This document shows, in pieces, positions 38,233-48,257 of a stretch of 58,680 bases of DNA (positions within the stretch are counted from its first letter, which is position 1; each line of letters opens with the position of its first letter). The DNA lies in contig JBEINE010000001.1 in the NCBI GenBank assembly GCA_040378245.1, positions 1-58,680 of the forward strand. The letters run 5' to 3'. A program made the position numbers and the translations under genes. The notes beneath the pieces were generated by a model that was not told where the DNA came from, did not search any database, and was given only the letters and a program-made list of their open reading frames with translations. Source of the stretch: Hyphomonadaceae bacterium. Its GTDB lineage: Bacteria; Pseudomonadota; Alphaproteobacteria; Caulobacterales; Aquidulcibacteraceae.

Positions 38233-39410
38233 GCGCCTTCTCCTTGGGCGCGGGGAAGGTCCAAGCCGCGTTCAGCAATGATATTGCGCTGAATGTTGGA
38301 CGAGCCGCCAGCGATAGCGACTCCCAATGAACCTACAATCTGGTTCACCCATTTTTCCGCCCCGCGTACCTGGGCCGATGGCAGCAGCAGACCGGATTCG
38401 GCTATCAACTCTTGCGCAAGGGCGGCAATCCGGTGGCCGATCCCCGTACAAACCAGCTTGTTCAGCAATGGCGAGAGGCCGGGATCTTTACCCACTGCGG
38501 CCCGGCTGAATTGCCGATAGCTCGAATATTGCTGGCTCAGTACCAATGCCTCGATCCGCGCCAATTCCACCCGTATCACGGGGTCCTGGATGGCCGGAAG
38601 CCCGGATCGTGTCGTGCCGGCCGCGAGCTCATATAGCCTAGCATACATTGCCATATAGCTTTTGGCATTGCCGATCGAGGATCGTTCATGCTTCAAAGTG
38701 GTCTTCGAAACCGACCAGCCTTCACCCCGATTTCCGACGATCCAGTCGGCCGGTGTCTTCACATTTTCCAGGAAGACTTCACCGAATTCCTCTCCACCAT
38801 GCAATTGCTTAAGCGGGCGGACGGTGACCCCGGGCTGTCGCAGATCGATGAGGAGATAGCTTATGCCTTTATGCTTCGGGGCATCGGGTTCGGTTCGAAC
38901 CAGCGCAAACATGAACTGCGCCTTGAGGACATCGGTGGTCCAAATCTTATGGCCATTGATAACCCACTGGTCACCAGTCAGCACGGCACTGGTTTTGAGC
39001 GCAGCCAGATCGCTGCCAGCGCCGGGTTCCGAATATCCTTGCGCCCAGACATATTCACCGCTGATCGTCGGTCTGATAAATTGTTCACGCTGCCATTCCG
39101 TACCACAGTCAAGCAGGGTCGGAACCAGCATGCTTGTGCCGTTGCCCGAAACTTCCATGGGTGCCCGTACGCGTCCGAATTCCTCACGGATGATCTCGGC
39201 ACGGATGATATTATAGGCTTGTTCCGAACCGCCATAGCGACGCGGGATGGAACGATAGAGATAACCCGCTTCGATCGCCCGTTGCCGGAACAGCGCAATG
39301 TCCTTTTGACTGCGATTGCGTTGCTTGTCTGCTTTTGGCCAGCAGCTTGCCAGAAACGCGCGCACCTCATCGCGAAATCCGATGTCAGATTCGTTGATGT
39401 TTAAATCCAT
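38229..39410 (-). CDS. Acyl-CoA dehydrogenase (alpha-type subunit)
   Basis: WAQGYSEPGAGSD, TLKHER, IAGGSSNIQ; ATGA-coupled to its partner. Confidence 0.92.
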   Translation of the reverse strand: MDLNINESDIGFRDEVRAFLASCWPKADKQRNRSQKDIALFRQRAIEAGYLYRSIPRRYGGSEQAYNIIRAEIIREEFGRVRAPMEVSGNGTSMLVPTLLDCGTEWQREQFIRPTISGEYVWAQGYSEPGAGSDLAALKTSAVLTGDQWVINGHKIWTTDVLKAQFMFALVRTEPDAPKHKGISYLLIDLRQPGVTVRPLKQLHGGEEFGEVFLENVKTPADWIVGNRGEGWSVSKTTLKHERSSIGNAKSYMAMYARLYELAAGTTRSGLPAIQDPVIRVELARIEALVLSQQYSSYRQFSRAAVGKDPGLSPLLNKLVCTGIGHRIAALAQELIAESGLLLPSAQVRGAEKWVNQIVGSLGVAIAGGSSNIQRNIIAERGLDLPRAQGEGA

Positions 39411-39445
39411 AGGATGAGCTCCGGAACATGGGTCATGAGCAAAGC

Positions 39446-40426
39446 CTAGCTATCCGGGAAGGGATAGGCGAGCAGCCGATCAAGCTGGTGCGAGCGGTTG
39501 CCGAACAAAGCATCAAGCAAGTGTGTCCGCTTCAAAAGAAGATGCATCACATGCTCGTCTGTGACGCCAATGGCCCCGAATATCTGGATAGCCGATCGCA
39601 CGTTGCGATAGGCGGCATCGATCGAAAGGCATTTGAGCGCCCGCACTTCATAGAACGCGCTATCGCTTTCCTTGGCAAGCGAGGCTGCTGCGAAGGCAAG
39701 CTGTGAGTCCACTGCCTCGCTGCGCACGGCCATGTCAGCGCAAGCGTGACGAACAGCTTGAAAACTTCCAATCGCTTTGCCAAATTGTTCACGCACCTTG
39801 GCATGTTCGCACGCAAGATCGAGTGCTAGCCTTGCGAGCCCCGCTTCCATAGCCGCAACAAGTAATAGGCCTCGGGACGTCACATTTGCCGGTGCAACGC
39901 AGAGTATCTGCGGCAACGCATCGATGCTCATGGTATCAACAGCCGGATCGAGGCCGCAAATTTGCTCATGCGATGTCAACGGAACCGCGCCGTGCAAAAT
40001 CATCTGGTCATTGGCATCCAGCCGTACGGCAACTTCGGCATTGGCCATGGCCAAAGCCAGCCACGGCGGGTTAAGGGAGGTCCCGATCAAATACCCAGCC
40101 CGCGCTTCACCTTTGACGAGCCGCTCGCAAAGCGCGGGATTTGAGTCCTTCGCGGCATGGGCAGCGATCACCGAAAACAATAACTCCATGGGGCCGCAAT
40201 GATAGCCAATTTTATGGAACAGCAGTGCTTCCTCGACCGTGCTAGCCTGCATGCCACCAACGGACATGGGCAAGCCGAGCCCAATCCAGCCAAGGTCACT
40301 CGCCAATTGCCATAACGACCGGGTCATGCGGCGCGGATGACCACCTGTCAGCGGCAGCTCGTCACCCAATACCGCCGCGATCGCCTCGACGATTTGTTCT
40401 TGCTCAGATGTGAGGAGCAGGTCCAT
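39446..40426 (-). CDS. Acyl-CoA dehydrogenase (beta-type partner subunit)
   Basis: REQFGKAIGSFQAVRH, IQIFGAIG; 326 aa. Confidence 0.88.
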   Translation of the reverse strand: MDLLLTSEQEQIVEAIAAVLGDELPLTGGHPRRMTRSLWQLASDLGWIGLGLPMSVGGMQASTVEEALLFHKIGYHCGPMELLFSVIAAHAAKDSNPALCERLVKGEARAGYLIGTSLNPPWLALAMANAEVAVRLDANDQMILHGAVPLTSHEQICGLDPAVDTMSIDALPQILCVAPANVTSRGLLLVAAMEAGLARLALDLACEHAKVREQFGKAIGSFQAVRHACADMAVRSEAVDSQLAFAAASLAKESDSAFYEVRALKCLSIDAAYRNVRSAIQIFGAIGVTDEHVMHLLLKRTHLLDALFGNRSHQLDRLLAYPFPDS

Positions 40427-40432
40427 TTTTAC

Positions 40433-41605
40433 CTACCGGCTACGTGGCAAGGAAAGAACACGGTCGGCGATGATTTCGCGCTGGATGTCTGAGCTGCCGC
40501 CTGCGATCGACGCGGCATAGCTGCGCAGATATTCACACACGGGTCCCGTGCTGCCGTAGGAAAAGTTCAGTGTCTGCATCGGGGTAAGGTCTGCCGCAAA
40601 TTGCTGTATCGCCTGGGATACCTGACTAACGTAAAGTTTAACGATCGAACCCTCGGGGCCGGGAGATCCGCTACGCTCGGCACGCGAAATGACAGCATAA
40701 GCCATCGACCGAAGCGCCGCCACCTGCGCTCTCAGGTCAGCAAGTTTGCGGGCGATTTCGTCATCGTCAATCGCCGCCCGGCGCCCCCCGGGACCAGGCA
40801 ACTCCATAGCGAGAGCGATCAGCCGCTCAACTTCGCGCGCAAGGCCCACCTGTTCGGCAAGAAAGGCTGTCCCTCGTTCGAAGGACAGCGTCGACATGGC
40901 CGTTCGCCATCCGTCGTTTACGGCACCCACCACATTGCGCAGCGGTATGCGCACAGCATCGTAAAACACCTCGCAAAAATGCAACTCGCCTGACATTTCA
41001 CGAATGGGACGGATGCTGATCCCAGGCGCTAACATGTCGCAGATAATCCACGTCAGCCCCTTGTGCCGCGGCTGGGCCGGATCGGTACGAACCAACAATT
41101 CCTGATAGCGCGCAAAATGTGCGAAACTGGTCCAGATTTTCTGTCCGTCAACAACCAAATGGTCACCCTCAACGACACCGCGCGTCCGTATCGCGGCGAG
41201 GTCCGATCCGGCATTGGGCTCGGAAAATCCCTGGCACCAGATAGATTGACCGCTCAATATGGCTGGCAGATGCTCTTGCTGTTGTTGCTCCGAACCGAGC
41301 TGGATCAATGTTGGACCGGCATGGTTGATTCCAACGAAGCACGCGCCAATGAAGGGCGCGTCGGCACGTGCATATTCCTCATGCCATATCAGCTGCTGCA
41401 CTGTCGAAAGGCCCCGGCCACCATAGGCTTTGGGCCAACTGATGCCGGCCCAGCCAGCATCAAATTGGCATTTCTGCCATTCAACATCAAAGGCGAGCAT
41501 CTCCGGGCCATCCAACGGACGCGGCGCAGACGGCCGGTTCGTTTCAAGCCATTCACGCACCTCCGCGCGGAATTGCAGTTCTTCGGAGCTGAAGTCTAGA
41601 TTCAC
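40433..41605 (-). CDS. Acyl-CoA dehydrogenase (alpha-type subunit)
   Basis: WCQGFSEPNAGSD, TLSFERG, IAGGSSDIQ. Confidence 0.92.
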   Translation of the reverse strand: MNLDFSSEELQFRAEVREWLETNRPSAPRPLDGPEMLAFDVEWQKCQFDAGWAGISWPKAYGGRGLSTVQQLIWHEEYARADAPFIGACFVGINHAGPTLIQLGSEQQQQEHLPAILSGQSIWCQGFSEPNAGSDLAAIRTRGVVEGDHLVVDGQKIWTSFAHFARYQELLVRTDPAQPRHKGLTWIICDMLAPGISIRPIREMSGELHFCEVFYDAVRIPLRNVVGAVNDGWRTAMSTLSFERGTAFLAEQVGLAREVERLIALAMELPGPGGRRAAIDDDEIARKLADLRAQVAALRSMAYAVISRAERSGSPGPEGSIVKLYVSQVSQAIQQFAADLTPMQTLNFSYGSTGPVCEYLRSYAASIAGGSSDIQREIIADRVLSLPRSR

Positions 41606-41613
41606 GGGCGTTT

Positions 41614-42921
41614 CTATGCCTTGCGCCCGGCCAGCGACAATTCGCCATGACGGCGCATAAAGCTAACCGACTGGCTTGCCAAAGCTGCAGGCGGTTCTGG
41701 CAGCAGCACCGGCCCCCCAATACGTGACGGCAGCAGCACCGTTGCCTCGCCGCGCGTGGTTACATCGCCACGCTGGTTGGTCATCAACAGCTCCAGATCA
41801 ACCCAGTAGCGATTATCCTCATGCCGCTTGCCAACAACCTTGCCGGTCAGGAACTGAACGTCCCCCATATAGTTGAATTTGCGCATCTCGTCATATTGGC
41901 GGTGAACAAAGCCATCGTCGCCGATCCAGTCGGTCAGATAATGGTGAAACCATCCTTCGCGAACAACGCTATAATCATATGGCATGGGATTGCCGATCGC
42001 TTTGGCCCAGTCGCTGTCCCAATGAACACGTTGCGCAACATCGGGAACCCCCTGTTCATTGCGAACGTAGAAAGCAGGAATGCGCTTCCTATTTTCCCAC
42101 GCGCGCCGCGACCCCGACAGTCCAAAGGTCGTTATGCCATAGCCGCCCACATGATAGACCAACAATTCGGTCACGGTCAGCGGCCCCTTCACCATCGACG
42201 GCATCGCTTCACCGATTTCCACATCCTCAAAATAGCGCGGTTCGCTGCCGCGGCGACGCTCTGCGGCATAGGCCTCGTCGATGCGTTCAATGTCGGCGTC
42301 GGTGTAAACTGCCGGTTGAATCTCGGCATATTTGCCCTTTTTCTTCGCCGTTGATCGCTCCGTAAAAATTTCGCGGGTGCGCTGGATAAAAACCGGCTCG
42401 GCGCGCTGGTTCATCTTCACCGCCTTCAAAAAGCGGGTCACGGATCGACCTGCAAATTCCGAAGGCTTCACCTCCACGCCATCAAAACCGCCATATTTGT
42501 AAAGCTCATCGCCGACATAGAGCGGGCGGTACCAGAACTTCTCTGACCCCGATACAAAGGCATGGATGCCTTGAAACAGTCCGCGCGCCGCCGCCTTCAG
42601 TTCGGGCGGCAGCGGGTCGCCCAGCATCGATTGGGTAACGACTTCGGCCATGCTGTTCGGCGCGATCTGGCCACCCCAGCGCGTGGTCCGGCCATAGTCG
42701 GGGTCGCAGAACAAGGGGTTGTCATCGCCCACACCCCATGCAAAGTTCCGCGCCGAATCCGGCGTAATTCGCGTAATGACGTCGGCCTTTCGCGTGGCGG
42801 TGAAAGCACCGTCAAGCGTTTTGGCACGTTCTATATCTTCGTCCGACAGACGCGCCTGGGTCGCTGCGTCAAACTCACTCTTGACGTCAAATGCTTTCTG
42901 ATTTTCTATAGCTGCGGACAT
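41614..42921 (-). CDS. Double-hotdog MaoC/FAS1-like (de)hydratase
   Basis: FAWGVGDDNPL..D, RYFEDVEIGE, VHWD, FNYMGD. Confidence 0.78.
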   Translation of the reverse strand: MSAAIENQKAFDVKSEFDAATQARLSDEDIERAKTLDGAFTATRKADVITRITPDSARNFAWGVGDDNPLFCDPDYGRTTRWGGQIAPNSMAEVVTQSMLGDPLPPELKAAARGLFQGIHAFVSGSEKFWYRPLYVGDELYKYGGFDGVEVKPSEFAGRSVTRFLKAVKMNQRAEPVFIQRTREIFTERSTAKKKGKYAEIQPAVYTDADIERIDEAYAAERRRGSEPRYFEDVEIGEAMPSMVKGPLTVTELLVYHVGGYGITTFGLSGSRRAWENRKRIPAFYVRNEQGVPDVAQRVHWDSDWAKAIGNPMPYDYSVVREGWFHHYLTDWIGDDGFVHRQYDEMRKFNYMGDVQFLTGKVVGKRHEDNRYWVDLELLMTNQRGDVTTRGEATVLLPSRIGGPVLLPEPPAALASQSVSFMRRHGELSLAGRKA

Positions 42922-42936
42922 TAAAATCTCCTGATG

Positions 42937-43713
42937 TTAGCGGGTGGTTCCAAAGGCAGCCTTTGCTGCAGCCACCGAAAGAGTCATGTTCGTCGCCTCA
43001 AGGTCAAAGAGACTCTCAAGCGAACCATTTTGGGCCGCATTCAAGTTGGCCTTGATATAGGCGTTTGCTTCCCCGGGCCGGTTGGCCAATTTTTCAGCTA
43101 TGCCCATGGTTTCGCTGAGGAGCGCATCATCAGCGACCACGCGGTTCACGAGGCCGAACTGCAGCGCTTGCGCCGCGCTCATCTTCTCGCTGAGAAAATA
43201 GAGCTCCCGGGCCTTCGCAGTCCCCAGAATTTGGGTCCAGAAATAAGACCCGCCATAGTCACCAGACCCGCCGACATTGGCAAAGGCACTTACAAAAACA
43301 GCCTTGTCCGATGCAATGCGCAAATCACAGGCGCCGGCGAGACTCAAGCCGGCGCCAGCCGCGGCGCCACCAATCATGGCGATGGTGGGCTTGGGCATTA
43401 GATGCAAGATGCGCGCCGCCTCCATCCGTGACCGAAGCCAATGGACGCTAGCGGCAAAGGATTTGTCTTTCTTCGACAATGTCGGCTTATCCAGCGATGA
43501 GACATCGTCTGCCGCACGGATATCCCCGCCAGAGCAAAAGGCACCGCCGCGACCGGTTAGTACCACCACTTTCACATCCGAGTCGTCTGAAAGTTCCAAA
43601 AAGGCCGCTGTGAGCTTCTTCATCAGCGGTGGATTCAGCGCATTGCGCCGCTCAGGCCGATTAAGCTCGACCAGGGCGATGTGGGCTTGGCGTGTGACGA
43701 TAAGTTCATCCAT
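42937..43713 (-). CDS. Enoyl-CoA hydratase/isomerase
   Basis: LNRPERRNAL, FCSGGD, AAGAGLSLAGACD, GDYGGSY; start ATG 43713. Confidence 0.92.
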   Translation of the reverse strand: MDELIVTRQAHIALVELNRPERRNALNPPLMKKLTAAFLELSDDSDVKVVVLTGRGGAFCSGGDIRAADDVSSLDKPTLSKKDKSFAASVHWLRSRMEAARILHLMPKPTIAMIGGAAAGAGLSLAGACDLRIASDKAVFVSAFANVGGSGDYGGSYFWTQILGTAKARELYFLSEKMSAAQALQFGLVNRVVADDALLSETMGIAEKLANRPGEANAYIKANLNAAQNGSLESLFDLEATNMTLSVAAAKAAFGTTR

Positions 43714-43769
43714 ATTCCTGCTTCCTCTGACTTGATCGCTAGCGCGATCGAAATCACGAAGCAAGTCAT

Positions 43770-43788
43770 AACTGATGTACTGTTAGTT
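43770..43788. promoter_or_regulatory. Island operator copy AACTGATGTACTGTTAGTT
   Basis: Palindrome upstream of the 43713-36208 minus-strand operon. Confidence 0.8.
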
Positions 43789-44067
43789 TATAGATTTTGG
43801 CAAGGCAGGCATCTTCCCCCGGTTTGGTGCTTTGCAGATCAGTTGGAACAGCCCTCGGCCAGCGGCGTATCGACCAAGGACGCCCAACAGCCGATTCGTG
43901 ATCATAATGCAGGCATTGCAATGAGGCGTTTCGGGTACCGAGATCAGAGAACCAACCGGCTACCGGCTGATTTTGCTGCGTTTCCTGTGCACCGATCTTG
44001 GCCAGTCTCAGGCAGAAGCAAACCAAGTCGCGCGATGGAGCTTGCAAATCAATGTTCATCCACGCAT

Positions 44068-44086
44068 AGATGACATACCGTTAGTT
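44068..44086. promoter_or_regulatory. Island operator copy AGATGACATACCGTTAGTT
   Basis: Motif match just upstream of the CoA ligase RBS. Confidence 0.65.
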
Positions 44087-44098
44087 TAGAGGTTTGAT

Positions 44099-45613
44099 AT
44101 GCTGCTCGAACAAGCTCTCAAATCGGTGTTCGCGCTCGATTCTGACGCTGGTGCCGTTGAGTATGATGGACAATGGTGGACGTGGGGTGAATTACGCCGA
44201 CTCGCCGACGCAATCTCCCGGATCGCCGACGAGGCGAGATTCGGCGATGATGCGCCCGTTGCAATTCTGCTCCGCAATCGACCTTCTGTATATGCAGCCT
44301 TGGTTTCCGTGATCGAAAGTCGGCGCTGTCTGGTCACAATCAATCCCATGCAATCCCCGCAGCGCATCGGCGAGGATCTTCGGAGCCTGAGTGCGCCCAT
44401 CATCATTGCGCTCGAAAGCGATTGGGCCTTGCTCAATCTTGAACCTGTGGCCAGCGCCATTGGCGCGCTGGGCATCGCTGTTCCGGATGCTCAGGATGGG
44501 TCAGTTGCGGTGAGGCTTGAACCAGCGCAGGCGCAGGCGAGTAACTGGATGCCGCCGCAAAAAGGCATTGCGATACAAATGTTGACGTCGGGCACGACCG
44601 GAAAACCAAAGCGGATCAATCTCAAGCGCAGTCAGCTGGAAACGGGATTGCTTGACGCTGCGGTTTACGAGAAAGGCCGCAATGCACCTGGAACACGATT
44701 GAGTGCGGCCGTCGAGATTATTCAGACCCCATTTGTGCATATTGGCGGTATCTTCAGCGTTCTCAATGCAGCGCTTTCCGGTCGCCGAATTTGCTTGCTT
44801 GACCGATTTACCGTTGCATCGTGGCGCGACGCGATTATCCGCCACCGACCGAAAGTTGCTTTTGCACCTCCAACCGCCCTGAAAATGATTTTGGACGCGG
44901 ATCTTCCACCGGAGGATTTTGCAAGTCTTGTTGCATTGCGTTCTGCAACTGCGCCGCTCCCCCCGGCTATCGTCGATTCTTTTCTGGAACGCTATAATTT
45001 ACCCGTGCTGGAAAATTATGGTGCAACGGAGTTTTCCGGGGGCGTGGCGGGCTGGACACTCGACATGTTTCGCAACCACTGGCCAGCCAAACGCGGCAGC
45101 GTGGGCTGTCTTCATGCCGGGGTAGCTGCGCGAATCGTTGACGAAACCAGCTTCGAGGAATTGCCCCCAAATCACCGCGGTCTTCTTGAGTTGCGATCGC
45201 CGCAAATCGATTCGTCGGGAGGATGGACGCGCACGACGGACATTGCCAAACTCGACGAAGATGGCTTTCTCTATATTTGCGGGCGCTCCGACAACGCTAT
45301 CATTCGCGGCGGATTCAAGATTCAACCAGACGATATTGCCGACGCACTGGAGCGGCATGAGACCGTGCGCGAGGCGGCGGTGATTGCGATCCCCGATGAG
45401 CGGCTGGGGCAGGTACCGGCGGCAGCCGTCGTCCTTAAGTCGGACGCGAACGAGGTGACTGTCGATGAGCTGAAAAGCTGGGTTCGAGAACAGCTTACCG
45501 CCTATTCGGTCCCGTCGGTCCTGCTTGTCCTTGAGGACATGCCCCGAACGCCTTCAATGAAAGTCAGTGCAATTGCGCTTCGCGAACTTGTCATCGAAGC
45601 TGCCATAAGGTGA
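44099..45613 (+). CDS. AMP-dependent acyl-CoA synthetase
   Basis: LTSGTTGKPK, YGATE, TTDIA, GRSD.AIIRGGFK, PRTPSMKV. Confidence 0.9.
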   Translation: MLLEQALKSVFALDSDAGAVEYDGQWWTWGELRRLADAISRIADEARFGDDAPVAILLRNRPSVYAALVSVIESRRCLVTINPMQSPQRIGEDLRSLSAPIIIALESDWALLNLEPVASAIGALGIAVPDAQDGSVAVRLEPAQAQASNWMPPQKGIAIQMLTSGTTGKPKRINLKRSQLETGLLDAAVYEKGRNAPGTRLSAAVEIIQTPFVHIGGIFSVLNAALSGRRICLLDRFTVASWRDAIIRHRPKVAFAPPTALKMILDADLPPEDFASLVALRSATAPLPPAIVDSFLERYNLPVLENYGATEFSGGVAGWTLDMFRNHWPAKRGSVGCLHAGVAARIVDETSFEELPPNHRGLLELRSPQIDSSGGWTRTTDIAKLDEDGFLYICGRSDNAIIRGGFKIQPDDIADALERHETVREAAVIAIPDERLGQVPAAAVVLKSDANEVTVDELKSWVREQLTAYSVPSVLLVLEDMPRTPSMKVSAIALRELVIEAAIR

Positions 45614-45705
45614 CACTATGACAGCTTTTTCCTATCCTCTGTGACGATGGTAAGCATATACCCCTGACATCAAGGGCGCCACTCAAAATAAGATGGTTGC
45701 AATAA

Positions 45706-45724
45706 AACTGACATTACGTTACTT
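45706..45724. promoter_or_regulatory. Operator copy AACTGACATTACGTTACTT within a putative sigma70 promoter (TTGCAA-17 nt-TACTTT)
   Basis: Motif match upstream of the TonB receptor. Confidence 0.7.
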
Positions 45725-45818
45725 TTAGGGATCGGGTGCGCGATTGGCGTGTGGCCGGGACAACAAGATGGGCGATAGATCCGTCTGACGCAGAGCGGGA
45801 AATCTGGAAGGGAGTGTC

Positions 45819-48197
45819 ATGAAAGGTTTATTCAAGTCCACGTGCGCGATGGCGGCGTTAACGGTTGCTTCGACTGTCTGCTTTGGTTCAACTGCCTTTG
45901 CGCAGAGTGCGAGCACATCTCAAAATTCAACTGACGATGCTAAGGCCGAGGAGCTGCAGGGTCTGGATGAGATCATCGTGACGGCGCGGAGACGTCAGGA
46001 ACGCGTTCAAGATACGCCAATATCTATGACGGCCTTGTCCGGCGACACGCTTAGTGAATCGGGCACACGTACCATAGGAGATCTGGCAGCGATTGCGCCC
46101 AGCCTGTTCGCCAGCGGAAGTGCGGCTGGTGCAGGAACGACATTTTTCGCCATTCGTGGACAAACCCAACTTGATTCCCAAGTCGCAACAGACCCATCGG
46201 TAGCGCTCTATCTGGACGATGTATATATCGCTACGTCCAACGGTGTTCTAAATGACCTGACCGATATTCAGCGCGTCGAAGTGCTCAAGGGACCGCAAGG
46301 CACTCTTTTTGGAAGAAATACAACTGGGGGCGCCATCGCGGTCTACTCCAATCCTCCAACCTATGACCTCGGCGGGAGCTTTCGGGCAAGGTATGGCAGC
46401 TTTGACTCCTTTGGCTTCGAGGGCGTACTCAATGTTCCAATCGTTGCGGATAAGGCCGCTTTGCGTTTGGTCGGTGTCACTTCGCAGGATGACGGATATG
46501 CGGTCAACGCAGTGTCGGGCGAAGCCTTGGGCAAGCAGTTTTCGCGCCAGGCTCGAGGCACATTGCTTTTGGAACCGGTGGACAATTTTTCGTTGACGAT
46601 CCGCGCAGATTACAGCTTGTTGCGCAATCGTGGCCGTGTTACGAAACTGGCCTATATTGAACCCGCTGCGGTCAATCCGTTCAACCCGTCCCTTGCGGTA
46701 ACAGCGATTGAATCGGGCTTGTTCGCCGGTGGCTTTCCGGATGTTTTTGCGGCCGAGGCCGCACTGGCGCCCTTTTTGAATGCCAGCAATGATCGTATTG
46801 CCCAGACTAATGGTATCTCCCCTTCAACGGGTTTGCAGGCGAATTTTGCCCGATTTGAACAATGGGGCGTTTCAGCCCGCGCTGAACTCGAACTAGGCGA
46901 TATTACGCTCCGCAGCATTACCGCTTATCGTGAGCTGGACGGAAAAAGTTTTGGCGACGCGGACGCAACGCCCTTCTCGATTCTGCAATATGAAACCACC
47001 CTGGACCCCAAACAATTCAGTCAAGAATTCCAGATATTGGGTGAATCCTTCGACAATAGGCTGAACTGGGTAGCCGGAGCCTATTTTTACCAAGTCAAAG
47101 GCGCCGATGGCTCAACAGCGGAGAATTTAAGCGTTCTCACCGGTCAGGATTTAACGGGTGACGGTATCCCAGATATACTGAACCCCAATTTCAGTCTCGG
47201 CGATAACGATAACACAAGCCGTGCGGTGTTCGCGCAAGGCACGTTCAAGCTGAGCGATGTCTTTTCGATCACGGCAGGAGGACGATATACGAGTGAGCGC
47301 AAAACACTGGATTTAACCTCAACGGCCGGCGGATTGTGCTCGCTGCCTCCCGCGCTCCTTGTATCTCCAGGCGTTTGTCAGACACGGCTTTCAAACAAAT
47401 TTGATGGCTGGTCCTATATTTTCTCGCTGGAGTATAAGCCCAACAATGATCTGTTGGCCTACGCCAAGACGACACGCGGCTTCCGAAGCGGCGGGCAGAA
47501 TTTCCGTGCGCGCGGCGACGTCGCTGCCTTTGCGCCCTTCCGGCCCGAAATTGTCACTGATTATGAGCTGGGTTTGAAATCGGAGTTTTTCGACCGCCGG
47601 GTCCGCTTCAACCTGGCGGCATTCTATTCGAACTACAGTGACATTCAACGCGTCACGCAGGTGCCCGGTGGCGGTGGCGCGGTCCAGGCTATCACCAATG
47701 CCGCCAAAGCGCGCATCTATGGTGTTGAAGTTGAAACGCTCGCATCGCCACTTGAAGGACTGACGCTTGGCGCCAACCTTGGCTATATCAATGCGCGTTA
47801 CAAGGAGTTCGTCGATGTCCTCGGTGATCGGACGAACGAACCCTTCGTATTGACGCCAGAATTCAGCTATTCCCTGTTCGGTGAGTATGGCTTTGACGTC
47901 GGCGATGCGGGAACGCTGAAGATTCGCGGCGATTGGCGATGGGTCGATGCCGTAGATTACGGTCGTGGGGGCCCGGGAACACGCGAACCTTCGTACGGCT
48001 TGATGAACGGTCGGATCAGTTTCACGACCTCGGACAATCAGCTTGAATTCGCGGCTTTCGCTCGCAATCTGTTCAACAAAAAATACAATGAAGGCCGCTT
48101 CGATTTCGTCGATACCTTGGGGTTTGCAGTCGCTTATGTCGGCGATCCCCGCACATTCGGTGTTGAGGCCAAAATTCGTTTCGGCGGCGAAAAATAA
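45819..48197 (+). CDS. TonB-dependent receptor
   Basis: Signal peptide, EIIVTARRR, RVEVLKGPQGTLFGRNTTGG plug, C-terminal RTFGVEAKIRF. Confidence 0.95.
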   Translation: MKGLFKSTCAMAALTVASTVCFGSTAFAQSASTSQNSTDDAKAEELQGLDEIIVTARRRQERVQDTPISMTALSGDTLSESGTRTIGDLAAIAPSLFASGSAAGAGTTFFAIRGQTQLDSQVATDPSVALYLDDVYIATSNGVLNDLTDIQRVEVLKGPQGTLFGRNTTGGAIAVYSNPPTYDLGGSFRARYGSFDSFGFEGVLNVPIVADKAALRLVGVTSQDDGYAVNAVSGEALGKQFSRQARGTLLLEPVDNFSLTIRADYSLLRNRGRVTKLAYIEPAAVNPFNPSLAVTAIESGLFAGGFPDVFAAEAALAPFLNASNDRIAQTNGISPSTGLQANFARFEQWGVSARAELELGDITLRSITAYRELDGKSFGDADATPFSILQYETTLDPKQFSQEFQILGESFDNRLNWVAGAYFYQVKGADGSTAENLSVLTGQDLTGDGIPDILNPNFSLGDNDNTSRAVFAQGTFKLSDVFSITAGGRYTSERKTLDLTSTAGGLCSLPPALLVSPGVCQTRLSNKFDGWSYIFSLEYKPNNDLLAYAKTTRGFRSGGQNFRARGDVAAFAPFRPEIVTDYELGLKSEFFDRRVRFNLAAFYSNYSDIQRVTQVPGGGGAVQAITNAAKARIYGVEVETLASPLEGLTLGANLGYINARYKEFVDVLGDRTNEPFVLTPEFSYSLFGEYGFDVGDAGTLKIRGDWRWVDAVDYGRGGPGTREPSYGLMNGRISFTTSDNQLEFAAFARNLFNKKYNEGRFDFVDTLGFAVAYVGDPRTFGVEAKIRFGGEK

Positions 48198-48257
48198 TGG
48201 CTTGCGCGGCTTGCCGTGCTGGATCCCCGGTAAGCCGCGCCAATCGCCATAAGGGCG

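Noticed and set aside
43789-44067. Long intergenic stretches (also 14386..14690) as possible sRNA or riboswitch
   Set aside because: No recognisable RNA family motif or strong structure by eye; an Rfam/Infernal scan would be needed.
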